Under the pieces are notes generated by a model. It made no database searches and had not been told where the DNA came from. It saw nothing but the letters and a program-made list of their open reading frames with translations. Both the position numbers and the translations under genes were made by a program. Below, piece after piece: positions 40,487 through 51,072 of a DNA stretch of 64,000 bases (position 1 is its first letter; each line of letters opens with the position of its first letter). Location: contig CAVSFG010000006.1 of NCBI GenBank assembly GCA_963727345.1, positions 651,142 through 715,141 on the forward strand, read 5' to 3'. The DNA comes from an uncultured Alphaproteobacteria bacterium (GTDB taxonomy: Bacteria > Pseudomonadota > Alphaproteobacteria > Sphingomonadales > Sphingomonadaceae).

Positions 40487-40763
40487 GCGGGCCGACCTTC
40501 ACCGCAAGAGAACCGACGCTTTCCTGCGAAATATCCGTGCTGCGCGAACGCACGGACTGGGCTGCAACAACGGCCTTCATTGGCAGCTAATCCCTCTGAA
40601 ATCTGGGCGAGATTCCGCTGTGGCCGCGAGGCAACACCCGAAGAAAAAGTCCGTTTCGTACTTCGTGTGAGTTGTAAATTCAGGCAGCGGCCATATTCGT
40701 CCTAGTCGTACTAATTGTCGCTCTGCCGTGGCAACGACGTCTTGACGAAGGGGGAATTTGGAA

Positions 40764-43700
40764 ATGAGGAAGTCCGGACTGCTCAGCACGAGCGCCATCG
40801 GTTCCGCAGCGGTTTTGAGTTTGTCGTTTGGCTACGCCGCGCCGGCTTTTGCCCAGGATGCCGTAACCGACGTCGCTGCCGCTGCCGCGGCGCAGGGTGA
40901 CGCCGCCGCGGACCAGTCCTCCGAGGCGGCGATCACCGTCACGGGCTCTCGCATTCGCCGGCCGAATCTCGAATCGACCGTGCCGATCACGTCGATCAGC
41001 GGCGAACAGTTCTTCCAGCAGGGCGACACAAATATCGGCGATACGCTGAACGAGCTGCCGCAATTGCGCAGCACATATGCGCAGCAGAATCCCGGCACTG
41101 GCATCGGCATCGCAGGCCTTAACCTCCTCGATCTCCGCGGCCTCGGCACCCTGCGCACCCTGGTGCTGGTCAACGGCCGCCGGCATGTCGCGGCGGATAT
41201 CCTGAACAATGCCGTCTCGCCGGACATCAACACGATCCCGAACGACCTTATCGAGCGCGTCGATATCGTCACGGGCGGCAACTCGGCCATTTACGGGTCG
41301 GATGCGATCGCCGGCGTCGTGAACTTCGTCCTGCGCCGCGATTATGACGGTATCCAGGTGCGTGGGCAGACCGGCTTGTCGCCGCGAGGCTTCGGCGCCA
41401 ACCAATATATTTCCGCGATGGTCGGCCGCAACTTCGACGAAGGGCGCGGCAACGTGACCCTGCACGCCGAATTCGCCAATCAGGATCGCTATTTTGCGTC
41501 CAGCCTTCCCTGGCTCAATCGGTTTAGCAGCTTTGCAACCATCGATCAGGATCCGGGCGGCCTGCCGAATGGCAGCGACGGCTTCCCGGACGCGGTCTTC
41601 CTGCGCGATCAGCGGCAGACCAATGTCAGCTATGTCGGCCTGATCCCGATTACCCAGCCGCGCGACAACCCGGCTAACGCCGGCGAACGAAGCGCTTTGC
41701 GGGATAGGCATCGGCCCCAACATCGGCGCCACGTCCTCCGTCGGCGGCGTTCCTTACAATTGCACCTACCTGTTCGACGCAGGCAACAACCTCGTCGCGC
41801 AGACCGGCGCGCGCTACAATGCGGGTATTATCGGTGGCATCCTCGGCGGGAACGGCACTACGGGGCGCGAGGGCCGTCTGGTCTCGATTCAGCCAGACGT
41901 GCAGCGCTACAACGTCAATTTGCTCGCGCGGTACGAGTTTAGTCGCGCATTCGAGGTTTTTGCGGAAGCGAAATGGAACCGGGTCGACGTGGTCGGCAAC
42001 AACGCCGGCCCGTTCGGCGTCCAGGGCACGTTCGGCACATTTGACTTCCGCGAGCGCTTCCGCGTGGACAATCCGTTCCTGACCCCGACGCAGCGTAACC
42101 AGATCGCCAATCTGATCCTGACCTCGGGCTGCAACACCAGCCTGACTGCGGCCTGCGCCACAGCCGCGGGCGGTGCTGGCGGCCCGGACGACGACCGCCG
42201 GGCAGGGCACCGGCGGTCCGCTTAACGCAGCGGATATTGCGGCGATCAATGCCGGCACCTACCGTTTTGTCGTCGCTCGCTCGCTTGCCGACATCGGCAG
42301 CCGCGACGAGGTTTTCCAGCGCGATACCATCAGGGTCGTCGGCGGCCTGCGCGGCACCTTCAACGAGGACTGGAATTACGAAGTCTCGCTCAACTACGGC
42401 CGGTTCGATCAGACCGTCGACACCAATGGTTTTGTCGATCGCCAACGCTTCATGCTGTCGCTCGACGCCGGCCGCAATCCTGTCACCGGCGCCGATCCAG
42501 TGCCGCTCGCAATTCGATCCGGCGGCGGCGGTCGGATATGATCTGGGCGCCTATCAAACCGGCAGCCTTTCTCGCGCGAACCCCACTCAGGCCGGCAAGG
42601 CTAGCCGCAGATATCGCCGCCTGCGTCCCCTACAACCCGTTCGGCGTCAATAATAACAATGCAGCGGTGGCCTATTTCACGCGCAGCAACCATACCGAAG
42701 CGTCCCTGAGCCAGTTCGTGGCGAGCGGTTTCGTTTCCGGTGATCTCAGTCAGCTGTTCGAGCTTCCCGGTGGGCCGATCCGGTTTGCGCTGGGCGCGGA
42801 ATATCGGCGCGAGCGCGCCGAATATCTCGATGATCCGTTCGTCACCGCCGGCGATCCCCTCCTTGGGACTCAGAGCAATACCAACACGGTGGTCATCGGC
42901 AATTTCGTTCCGCCCGCATTCCGGGTGAAGGAGGCTTTTGGCGAGCTTCAGCTTCCGATTCTGCGCGATACGCCTTTCTTCGAGGAGCTGACCGTCAGCG
43001 GTGCGGCTCGAGTTGCGGATTACAGCGGCGGAGCCTCCGCGACCGGTACGGTCTGGGCCTACAATGTCGGCGTCGACTGGGCCCCGATTCGGGATTTGCG
43101 GCTGCGCGGCAATTACAGCCGTTCGGTACGCGCGCCCAATCTGTCGGAGCTCTATTTCCCGCCGGTCGCGAACTTCGCGCCGGGGTTTGTCGACCCATGC
43201 TCTCCTGCTCAGCTCGGCAACAATCCCAATCGGCCGGCAAATTGCCTGGCGCAAATGGGTGGCAATGCGGCGATCCTCGCCGGCATTCCCAATGTCACCC
43301 AGTCGCTGCCGGTCATCAACGGCAGCAACCCGAACCTGGAGGCCGAGCGGTCGAGATCCTGGACGTTCGGTGTCGTGGCGCAGCCACGGTTTATTCCGGG
43401 ACTCGTGCTCAGTGTCGACTATTACAATATCCGGGTCAGCAATGTGATCGTCGCGCTCACCGCACAGCAGGTGGCCAACAATTGCGTTGATCAGCCTGAC
43501 ACCAACAACGTGTTCTGCACCCTGTTCCAGCGCTATCTTGGATCCACGCCGGGGCCGCTGGGTGAAGTCCAGGGTCAGATCCGCGGCAACACGCTGCAAC
43601 AGACCGGCGTCAATTTCGCGGCGCGAGTCCGGCGCGGTATCGACGTCAACCTCGCTTATCGCACGGACATCACGAGTGACCTTCGGCTGTCGACCAATGT

Positions 43701-44190
43701 GATCTACACGCACAACTTGACGTCCAGCAATTTCGAGAATCCCGCGCTGCCGGACTTCGAGAATCGCGTTCTCAGCGAGCTGGGCGACCCGTCGGACGAG
43801 TTCCGTTGGGATGTCGACCTGACCTATCGTGATTTCACCCTTGGCTACCGGATGCGCTACATCGGCCCGATGTTCACCAGCGCCTATGAGAACTTCAGCC
43901 AGCTGCAGGGGGCCTGCACCGTCGCCGGTTGTCCGCCGCTCAATCTCGATGCGATTGAGCCTCAGCAGTATCCGGAAGTCTTCTACCATGACCTCCGGCT
44001 TGAGTGGAATGTGAACCAGCGGTTCCAATTCTATGTCGGCGCCGAAAACCTGCTTGATACCCATCCGCCCTACGGGATTTCGGGGACCGGATCGAACGTC
44101 GCGGATGCCGCCAGCCGCGCGAATGCCACGGCCGCGATCTACGATGCATTCGGCCGACGGGTCTATGCGGGCTTCCGGGCGCGGTTCTAA
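40764..44190 (+). CDS. TonB-dependent receptor (frameshifts near 41690, 42170, 42490 and 42595)
   Basis: Signal peptide; TonB box ITVTGSRI; plug LVLVNGRR and IERVDI..GGNSAIYGSDA; C-terminal GFRARF. Confidence 0.92.
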
Positions 44191-44214
44191 ACCAGGCAAA
44201 GCCGAAGACAATTG

Positions 44215-44247
44215 GGGGTCGGAACAGCGTTCCGGCCCCTTTTTCTT
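44215..44247 (+). terminator. Rho-independent terminator after the TonB receptor
   Basis: GGGGTCGGAAC-agc-GTTCCGGCCCC followed by TTTTTCTT. Confidence 0.8.
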
Positions 44248-44273
44248 GGATTTGACTACGCGGGAGACCTGGG

Positions 44274-44347
44274 TGGAGGCCCGAGCCGGAATCGAACCGG
44301 CGTGCAAGGATTTGCAGTCCTCTGCGTAACCACTCCGCCATCGGGCC
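44274..44347 (-). tRNA. tRNA-Cys (GCA)
   Basis: ggcccgatggcggagtgg...gagga-CT-GCA-AA-tcctt...ggttcgattcc...tCCA; 74 nt. Confidence 0.96.
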
Positions 44348-44431
44348 GCCGGGCGCGAAATGGGCGGCTTTCATGGGGCTGTCAACCGCGCCGCTTGCGA
44401 CGATCGCGGCTTCGCGGCAGTCTTTGGACCC

Positions 44432-45178
44432 ATGGAGGCAGCCGCCCAATTCGCGCGCATCGTCGGCCGACGAATGCTCAATTTCGCGCTGCCGCCACGC
44501 TGCCCAGCCTGCGGCCTGATCGTCGAGGCGCCGCACCGCTTCTGTTTCCCGTGCTGGTCGAAACTTGTCTTTCTCGGCGAGCCCTGTTGCGCCGTCTGTG
44601 CGCTGCCGTTCGACTATCGCGAGGCGGCCGAGCGCATCTGCGCCGGTTGCGCCGCGCATCCGCCGCGCTTCGACCGGATGCGCGCCGCGGTCGCTTATGG
44701 CGACATTCCGCGGCAGGTGGCGCTGAAGCTCAAATATGGTGGCCGGCCGGGCGTCGCCGAGACGATGGCGCGGTTCATGGCCCGCCATCTGGACGGGGAG
44801 GGTGAGCCCTTGCTCGCGCCTGTTCCGCTCCATCGCTGGCGGATCTGGCGGCGCGGCTACAATCAGTCGGCTCTCGTTGCGACCGCGCTTGGCAAGGCGG
44901 CGGGGCTTGCGACGCGGCTCGATCTCATCCGTCGGGTGAAGGCGACGCCGCCGCTCAAGGCGATGTCGCCCAAGGCGCGGCGCGATGCGCTGCGTGGTGC
45001 GTTCCGGGTCGAGCCCGACCGCAAGGCCGAGGCGAAGGGGCGGCGGATCATCCTGATCGACGACGTCTACACCAGCGGTGCGACCGCCAATGGCTGCGCG
45101 CGCGCGCTGAAACGGGCCGGCGCCACGCGCGTTGACGTTTTGTGCTGGGCGCGCGTGGTGCGCGGCGTGGACGATTGA
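44432..45178 (+). CDS. comF: ComF family protein (Zn-ribbon plus PRTase domain)
   Basis: Four CxxC, PVPLH, RGYNQS and LIDDVYTSGAT. Confidence 0.9.
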   Translation: MEAAAQFARIVGRRMLNFALPPRCPACGLIVEAPHRFCFPCWSKLVFLGEPCCAVCALPFDYREAAERICAGCAAHPPRFDRMRAAVAYGDIPRQVALKLKYGGRPGVAETMARFMARHLDGEGEPLLAPVPLHRWRIWRRGYNQSALVATALGKAAGLATRLDLIRRVKATPPLKAMSPKARRDALRGAFRVEPDRKAEAKGRRIILIDDVYTSGATANGCARALKRAGATRVDVLCWARVVRGVDD

Positions 45179-45224
45179 CAAGCCGCGAGCCGGCCCACAG
45201 TTCGAATGCCAAGAGGGTTCGCGA

Positions 45225-45485
45225 ATGGCTCAGGTCGAAATCTACACCAAGGCGTTCTGCTCGTTCTGCACGCGGGCGAAGCATTTGTTTGCCGCCAAGG
45301 GCGTGCCGGTCGAGGAATATGACATCACCATGGGCGGCCCGGACCGGGCGACGATGATCCAGCGCGCCGGCGGACGCACCACCGTGCCGCAGATCTTCAT
45401 CGATGGCCGCCATGTCGGCGGTTGCGACGACCTGTATGCGCTGGATGCGCGCGGGCAGCTCGACCTGCTGATCGAGGGTCGATGA
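45225..45485 (+). CDS. grxC: Glutaredoxin 3
   Basis: CSFC, TVPQIFI and GGCDDL. Confidence 0.9.
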   Translation: MAQVEIYTKAFCSFCTRAKHLFAAKGVPVEEYDITMGGPDRATMIQRAGGRTTVPQIFIDGRHVGGCDDLYALDARGQLDLLIEGR

Positions 45486-46315
45486 AGATCGCCCTCTACC
45501 AGGCGCGGACCGGGATCGATCCCGCCGCCAATGCCGCCGATCTGGTCGCGGCTGTTGGCGAAGCGGCCGCCGGCGGCGCGGCGATGCTGTTCACGCCGGA
45601 GATGAGCGGCCTGCTCGACCGGGATCGCAGTCGGGCGATGAAGCACCTCCATTTCGAGAGCGACGATCCGGTGCTCGCCGCGGTTCGGGAGGCGGCCCGG
45701 CAGGCTGGCCTCTGGGTCCATCTCGGCTCGCTCGCCTTGCTCGACACGGACGGCGACCGGCTGGTCAATCGCGGCTTCGTGATCGACGATGCGGGCGAAA
45801 TCCGCGCCCGCTACGACAAGATCCACCTCTTCGACGTCGATCTGCCGAGCGGCGAGAGCTGGCGCGAATCCGCCGCTTATCGTCCGGGGAGCGGCGCGGC
45901 GGTGGTGGAGACGCCGGTCGGGATGCTCGGCCTCTCGATCTGCTACGATCTGCGCTTTGCCGATCTCTACACCGCGCTTGGCAATCATGGCGCGACCGCC
46001 TTCGCGATTCCCGCCGCCTTCACCGTGCCGACCGGTGAAGCGCACTGGCATGTCATGATGCGGGCGCGGGCGATCGAATCCGCCGCCTTCGTGATCGCCG
46101 CCGCCCAGTGCGGCGCGCATGAGGACGGCCGGTTGACCTATGGCCATTCGCTGGTCGTCGATCCCTGGGGCAAGGTGGTGCTCGACATGGGCGGCGAGAC
46201 GACGGGCATCGGCTTCGCCGAGATCGATCTCGGCCAGGTGGCGGCGGTGCGCACCCGGCTGCCGGCGATCTGGCACCGGCGCCCGATCCCGCAGCCGGAG
46301 GTTGTACGCGCGTGA
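45482..46315 (+). CDS. Carbon-nitrogen hydrolase (Nit1-like)
   Basis: TPE, YDKIHLFD and ICYDLRF catalytic triad motifs. Confidence 0.92.
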   Translation: MKIALYQARTGIDPAANAADLVAAVGEAAAGGAAMLFTPEMSGLLDRDRSRAMKHLHFESDDPVLAAVREAARQAGLWVHLGSLALLDTDGDRLVNRGFVIDDAGEIRARYDKIHLFDVDLPSGESWRESAAYRPGSGAAVVETPVGMLGLSICYDLRFADLYTALGNHGATAFAIPAAFTVPTGEAHWHVMMRARAIESAAFVIAAAQCGAHEDGRLTYGHSLVVDPWGKVVLDMGGETTGIGFAEIDLGQVAAVRTRLPAIWHRRPIPQPEVVRA

Positions 46316-46734
46316 TCGTCTTCGATCTCGTCTGCGAAAGGCAGGGCCATGTCTTCGAGGCGTGGTTCGGTTCGTCATCGGATTATGACGCGCAGAAGGA
46401 GCGAGGGCTGGTGACCTGTCCGCTCTGCGACGCGCCCGCGGCCAAGGCGCCGATGGCGCCCCGCGTCGGCGCGAAGGGCAATGCCGCGCCCTCGCCCGCC
46501 GAGGTGAAGGCGATGATGACCAGGCTCGCCGCGATGCAGAAGGAGGTGCTGACGACCAGCGAGCATGTCGGCGACCGCTTCCCGACCGAGGCGCGCGCCA
46601 TCCATCTCGGTGAGACGGAGGCGCGGGCGATCCACGGCCGCGCCACCCCGGCCGAAGCGAAGAGCCTGGCGGAGGATGGCGTGCCGGTCTCGCCACTGCC
46701 ATTTCCGGTGCCTGAGCCCGGCAGCGAGAATTGA
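46312..46734 (+). CDS. DUF1178-like protein
   Basis: FDLVC..GHVFEAWF, CPLC, KAPMAP and VGDRF..EARAIH. Confidence 0.8.
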   Translation: MIVFDLVCERQGHVFEAWFGSSSDYDAQKERGLVTCPLCDAPAAKAPMAPRVGAKGNAAPSPAEVKAMMTRLAAMQKEVLTTSEHVGDRFPTEARAIHLGETEARAIHGRATPAEAKSLAEDGVPVSPLPFPVPEPGSEN

Positions 46735-46774
46735 CCGCTCCGCCGCCGGGCGCGTAAGCGCGGCCCAAGAAAAC

Positions 46775-46851
46775 GGCCCCGTAGCTCAGCAGGATAGAGC
46801 GACTGATTCCTAATCAGTAGGCCACAGGTTCGAATCCTGTCGGGGTCACCA
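46775..46851 (+). tRNA. tRNA-Arg (CCT)
   Basis: ggccccgtagctcag...actga-TT-CCT-AA-tcagt...ggttcgaatcc...aCCA. Confidence 0.95.
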
Positions 46852-46870
46852 AAGTTGCGAAGGATCGAGC

Positions 46871-47491
46871 ATGGCGCCCCACGGTTGCGACCCCGAAGAT
46901 GGCGATCTCGTCCGCGAGCCGGCCAAGATCGCCGTGCCGAAAGAGGTGCAGGACGCGGTGCGCACGCTCATTCGCTGGGCCGGTGATGATCCCGGGCGCG
47001 AAGGGCTGCTCGACACGCCGAAGCGGGTCGCGCGGGCTTGGAAGGAATATGCGCGAGGCTACGCGGAAGATCCCGCCGTCCACCTCCACCGCACCTTCCA
47101 GGAGGTCGGCGGCTATGACGAGATCGTGCTGCTGAAGGATATCCCGTTCCAGTCCCATTGCGAGCATCATCTCGCGCCGATCATCGGCAAGGCGGCGATC
47201 GCCTATCTGCCGAACGAGCGGGTGGTCGGGATCTCCAAGCTCGCCCGCGTCCTGCACGGCTATGCGCGCCGGCTGCAGGTGCAGGAGCGGCTGACCGCCC
47301 AGGTGGCGGACGCGATCTGCGAGCATCTGAAGCCGCAGGGCGTCGCGGTGGTGATCGAGGCGACCCATGCCTGCATGACCGCGCGCGGCGTCTCGACGCC
47401 CGATGTGATGATGACCACCAGCCGGATGATGGGCGTGTTCCGCGAGGACGAGCGCAGCCGGCGCGAGGTGCTGGCGCTGATGGGGTATTGA
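46871..47491 (+). CDS. folE: GTP cyclohydrolase I
   Basis: REGLLDTP, CEHH, GISKLAR, RLQVQE and HACM. Confidence 0.96.
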   Translation: MAPHGCDPEDGDLVREPAKIAVPKEVQDAVRTLIRWAGDDPGREGLLDTPKRVARAWKEYARGYAEDPAVHLHRTFQEVGGYDEIVLLKDIPFQSHCEHHLAPIIGKAAIAYLPNERVVGISKLARVLHGYARRLQVQERLTAQVADAICEHLKPQGVAVVIEATHACMTARGVSTPDVMMTTSRMMGVFREDERSRREVLALMGY

Positions 47492-47940
47492 TGCGCGTCA
47501 TTGCGTTGCTTGCCGCGCTTTGCCTGGCTGCCGGCTGCGGGAGTGAGCGTGATGCGGCATTGAACAGCGAGCAGCTGGAGCGGATCGCGTTCGAGCAGAA
47601 CAGGTTCGAGGATGTCGGCCGGACGGCGCGGTTGCAGCCGCTCGGCGCGTTCGCGCCGCCGGCGGACTATCGCGGCCCGGTATGCCGCTTCACGCGCGGT
47701 GCGGACATCCTGGTCTACGCCTTCGGAAACGCGGCGGCGGCGCGGATCGACGGCCGGCTCCGGACCTTGCGCGCGCAGGCGCCGATCGGCCCATCGGGCG
47801 GCTTCTATCGCGACGACGAGCTCGCCCTCAGCATCGGTGTCGAGCCCGGCGCGCCGGCCCGCGCGCGCGTCACCAACCGCCTGACCGAGACGCGCGAGGA
47901 CGCGACGGGCGCGTGGACCTGTCAGGCGCCGGCCGGCTAG
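47491..47940 (+). CDS. Hypothetical lipoprotein
   Basis: LAAGC lipobox; start overlaps the folE stop. Confidence 0.65.
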   Translation: MRVIALLAALCLAAGCGSERDAALNSEQLERIAFEQNRFEDVGRTARLQPLGAFAPPADYRGPVCRFTRGADILVYAFGNAAAARIDGRLRTLRAQAPIGPSGGFYRDDELALSIGVEPGAPARARVTNRLTETREDATGAWTCQAPAG

Positions 47941-47945
47941 GAAAG

Positions 47946-49724
47946 ATGTCCACCCAATCGTTCCAGATGACGTTCTCGGCGGCCGAGCAGGCGTTCGTGG
48001 GCGGCCGGCTCGAGGAGGCGCGCGGTCATTTGCTGCGCCTCGAGCAGGTCGGGCATCCCGCAATCCACCATTTGCGCGCCCTCGTCGAGCACCGGCTCGG
48101 CAACGCGGCCATCGCCGCCACGCATTATGAACAGGCGGCGCGCCTTGCCCCCAATGACCCCCAGATCGCGAACAATCACGGCAATCTGCTGCGCCAACTC
48201 GGCCACTTCGAGGAGGCGTTGCGCTCCTACGACCGCGCGCTCACGCTTGCACCAGCGATGGTCGACCCGATGCTCAACCGGGCGCTGCTGCTCGAGGATA
48301 TGGGCCGGGTACGGGAAGCACGGGCCGGTTTCGAGGCAATGGCGCGAAGCCATCCTGGTGACGTGCGCGCCTGGGCCGGGCTTGGCGCACTGGAAAAGGC
48401 GGCCGGCAATCTCGTCGCGGCCGCTACGGCCTATGATCGCGCCCTCGCGGTACAGCCGGACAGTCCGCTCGCGGCCATGGGCCGGGCGCGCGTGGCGATG
48501 GAACGCGCCGAGCCGGATATGCTGGTTCGCTATCGGCACGCCATCCGGCTGGCGCCCGGGGAACGAGCCCTGCTGGTCGACGAGGCCGAGATCGGCGCGG
48601 TCCAGAGCGAGCCGGACGCGCTTGCGCGGCTGACCGAAGCGGTCGGCGCCGATCCGCATTGGACCGAGGGCCAGATCGCGCTGGCGCGGCTGCGCTGGGA
48701 ATGGGGCCGGAAGGACAACTTCCGCGAGGGGATCGAGGCGGCATTGACGGCCGATCCGCGCGATGCGCCGCTCTGGACCGCCTACGTCGCGTTGTTGGCC
48801 GACTGCCATCTGGATGCCGCGGCGGCGGAGGTTGCGGGCAGGGCGCGCGGGGCCCTGGGCGACGACCCCGGCCTGATCCTCACCGAGGCGACCCATGCCG
48901 GTCGCGCCGGCGACCTGGATCGGGCCGAGGCTTTGTTCGGCCTGATCCCGGACTCGACCCCGGGCCGGGCCATTCACGAGAGCGTGCACTGGCTGCGTCG
49001 CGGCCAATATGATCGCGCCCTCGCGTTGGCCGAGACGGCTCTCGAGCAGGATCGGTGGAGCATCGCTTATTGGGGTGTGATCGAGCTGCTGTGGCGAAAG
49101 CTGGACGATCCGCGCGCCGAATGGCTGTCGGGTCAACCGGGACTGATCGAATCTTTCGACACCCCATGGGATGCGGACCTGGCGGCCGCCGACGAATTGC
49201 TGGCCCGCCTGCACCGCGATAATGTGGAATGCGCGGGTCAAAGCGTGCGCGACGGCTCGCAGACGCGCTGGAATCTGTTCGACCGTCCGGAACCGCAACT
49301 GGCGCCGCTTCACGCGCGACTCGAAGGCCTCGTCAGGGGATACATGGAAAGGCTGCCCGCGAAGGACGAGGCGCATCCGCTGCTCCGCCACCGGGACGCC
49401 GAGATGCGGATCACCACCAGCTGGTCCGTCCGACTGACCGGCGCCGGCCGCCATGTCAGCCATTTCCATCCCAAGGGGCTGGTCAGCTCCGCTTTCTATC
49501 TGCGTGTCCCGCCCGGCGATCCGGAGAAGCGCGAAGGCTGGCTCGAGCTCGGCCTGCCGCCCGACGATTTCCTGATCGACCTGGCGCCGATCGCCTCGGT
49601 CCAGCCGCAGCCCGGGCGGCTCGCACTGTTTCCCAGCTATCTCCTCCATGGGACGCGCCGCTTCCCGGCCGGCGAGCGGATGACCGTCGCCTTCGACGTG
49701 GCGAAAGCGGAAGGCCTGACATGA
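47946..49724 (+). CDS. TPR-repeat protein with C-terminal putative 2OG-Fe(II) oxygenase domain
   Basis: Multiple TPRs; QSVRDGSQT, SWSVRL, HFH, SSAFY, LFPSYLLHGT and R-x-T-VAFD. Confidence 0.82.
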   Translation: MSTQSFQMTFSAAEQAFVGGRLEEARGHLLRLEQVGHPAIHHLRALVEHRLGNAAIAATHYEQAARLAPNDPQIANNHGNLLRQLGHFEEALRSYDRALTLAPAMVDPMLNRALLLEDMGRVREARAGFEAMARSHPGDVRAWAGLGALEKAAGNLVAAATAYDRALAVQPDSPLAAMGRARVAMERAEPDMLVRYRHAIRLAPGERALLVDEAEIGAVQSEPDALARLTEAVGADPHWTEGQIALARLRWEWGRKDNFREGIEAALTADPRDAPLWTAYVALLADCHLDAAAAEVAGRARGALGDDPGLILTEATHAGRAGDLDRAEALFGLIPDSTPGRAIHESVHWLRRGQYDRALALAETALEQDRWSIAYWGVIELLWRKLDDPRAEWLSGQPGLIESFDTPWDADLAAADELLARLHRDNVECAGQSVRDGSQTRWNLFDRPEPQLAPLHARLEGLVRGYMERLPAKDEAHPLLRHRDAEMRITTSWSVRLTGAGRHVSHFHPKGLVSSAFYLRVPPGDPEKREGWLELGLPPDDFLIDLAPIASVQPQPGRLALFPSYLLHGTRRFPAGERMTVAFDVAKAEGLT

Positions 49725-51016
49725 GCGACCCTCGGGCAACGACGCCGCTGCGGCGCGTGGTGGCGGCGAGCATGATCGGCACCACGATCGAATGGTATGA
49801 TTTCTTCCTCTACAATTCGGCCGCGGCTTTGGTCTTCAACCGGCTGTTCTTCCCGCAATTCGATCCGCTGACCGGAACCCTGCTGGCGTTCGCGACCTAT
49901 GCGCTCGGCTTCGTCGCCCGGCCGCTCGGCGGCATCGTGTTCGGCCATTATGGCGACCGGATCGGCCGCAAGCGGCTGCTCATGCTCAGCCTCGTCCTGA
50001 TGGGCGTGGCGACCGTGCTGATCGGATTGCTCCCGACCTACGACGCGATCGGCATCTGGGCGCCGATCGCGCTGATCGTCCTGCGATTGGCACAGGGCTT
50101 CGCGGTCGGCGGTGAATGGGGCGGGGCGGTGCTGATGGCGGCCGAGCATGGCGACGCGGCGCGGCGCGGCTTCTGGGCGAGCTGGCCGCAGGCGGGAGTC
50201 GCGGCCGGCTTCCTGCTCTCCGCCGGCATGCTGGCGACGATCAACGGGCTGCAGAGCGAGGCGGATTTTCTCGCCTGGGGCTGGCGGGTGCCGTTCCTCG
50301 CCTCAATCGTGCTGGTCGTTGTCGGCTGGTACATCCGCAACCGGGTCGCCGAGAGCCGGCTGTTCGAGGAGGAGGTCGCTCAGGCGGAGGCGCCGCCCAA
50401 GCTGCCCGCGCTCGAAGTGTTCCGCGAGCGGCCCGTTGCGGTGCTGCTGGGCTCCGGACTCAGGGTCGGCGAGAACATCTCTTACTACATCCTCACCGCT
50501 TTCTCACTTACCTTCCTGGTCGAGATTTCGGCGGAGAGCCGGGCGCTGGCGCTCAATGCGCTTCTGGTCGGCGCGGCGGTGCAATTCTTCGCGATTCCGC
50601 TCTTCGCGTCGCTGTCGGACCGGATCGGGCGGCGATGGGTCTATGCCTTTGGCGGCTTCGGCCTCGCGGCGTGGAGCTTCGTCTTGTTTCCTTTGCTGGC
50701 CAGCGGCAACGCCGCCTCGATCATCCTAGCGCTCGTTGTTGGCCTGACGCTGCACGGGGCGATGTACGGGCCGCAGGCGGCGATGATCGCGGAGCTGTTC
50801 CCGACCCGCATCCGCTATTCCGGGGCGTCGATCGCTTACCAGCTGACCGCGATCTTCGGTGGCTCGCTGGCGCCGATCATCGCGGTCTGGCTCTACCGCG
50901 AGTACGGTTCAGCGACGCCGGTGGCGATCTATGTCGCGATCGGCTGCGCGATCAGCGGCGTCTCGGCGCTGCTGGCGCGCGAGACGAAAGGGATCGAGCT
51001 GGCCGATATTCGCTGA
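49721..51016 (+). CDS. MFS metabolite:H+ symporter (MHS, ShiA-like)
   Basis: GTTIEWYDF, GDRIGRK and GGEWGGA. Confidence 0.92.
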   Translation: MSDPRATTPLRRVVAASMIGTTIEWYDFFLYNSAAALVFNRLFFPQFDPLTGTLLAFATYALGFVARPLGGIVFGHYGDRIGRKRLLMLSLVLMGVATVLIGLLPTYDAIGIWAPIALIVLRLAQGFAVGGEWGGAVLMAAEHGDAARRGFWASWPQAGVAAGFLLSAGMLATINGLQSEADFLAWGWRVPFLASIVLVVVGWYIRNRVAESRLFEEEVAQAEAPPKLPALEVFRERPVAVLLGSGLRVGENISYYILTAFSLTFLVEISAESRALALNALLVGAAVQFFAIPLFASLSDRIGRRWVYAFGGFGLAAWSFVLFPLLASGNAASIILALVVGLTLHGAMYGPQAAMIAELFPTRIRYSGASIAYQLTAIFGGSLAPIIAVWLYREYGSATPVAIYVAIGCAISGVSALLARETKGIELADIR

Positions 51017-51056
51017 CAAAAAAGGCCGCCAGCTGATTGAGCGGGCGGCCTTTTTG
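51017..51056. terminator. Bidirectional terminator between the MFS gene and rplI
   Basis: AAAAAAGGCCGCC...GGCGGCCTTTTT between convergent genes. Confidence 0.85.
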
Positions 51057-51072
51057 TTGGTTGCGGAGAAGC

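Noticed and set aside
25411-46851. Prophage or ICE integrated at one of the three tRNAs
   Set aside because: No integrase, phage or conjugation genes, and no duplicated tRNA 3' end seen.
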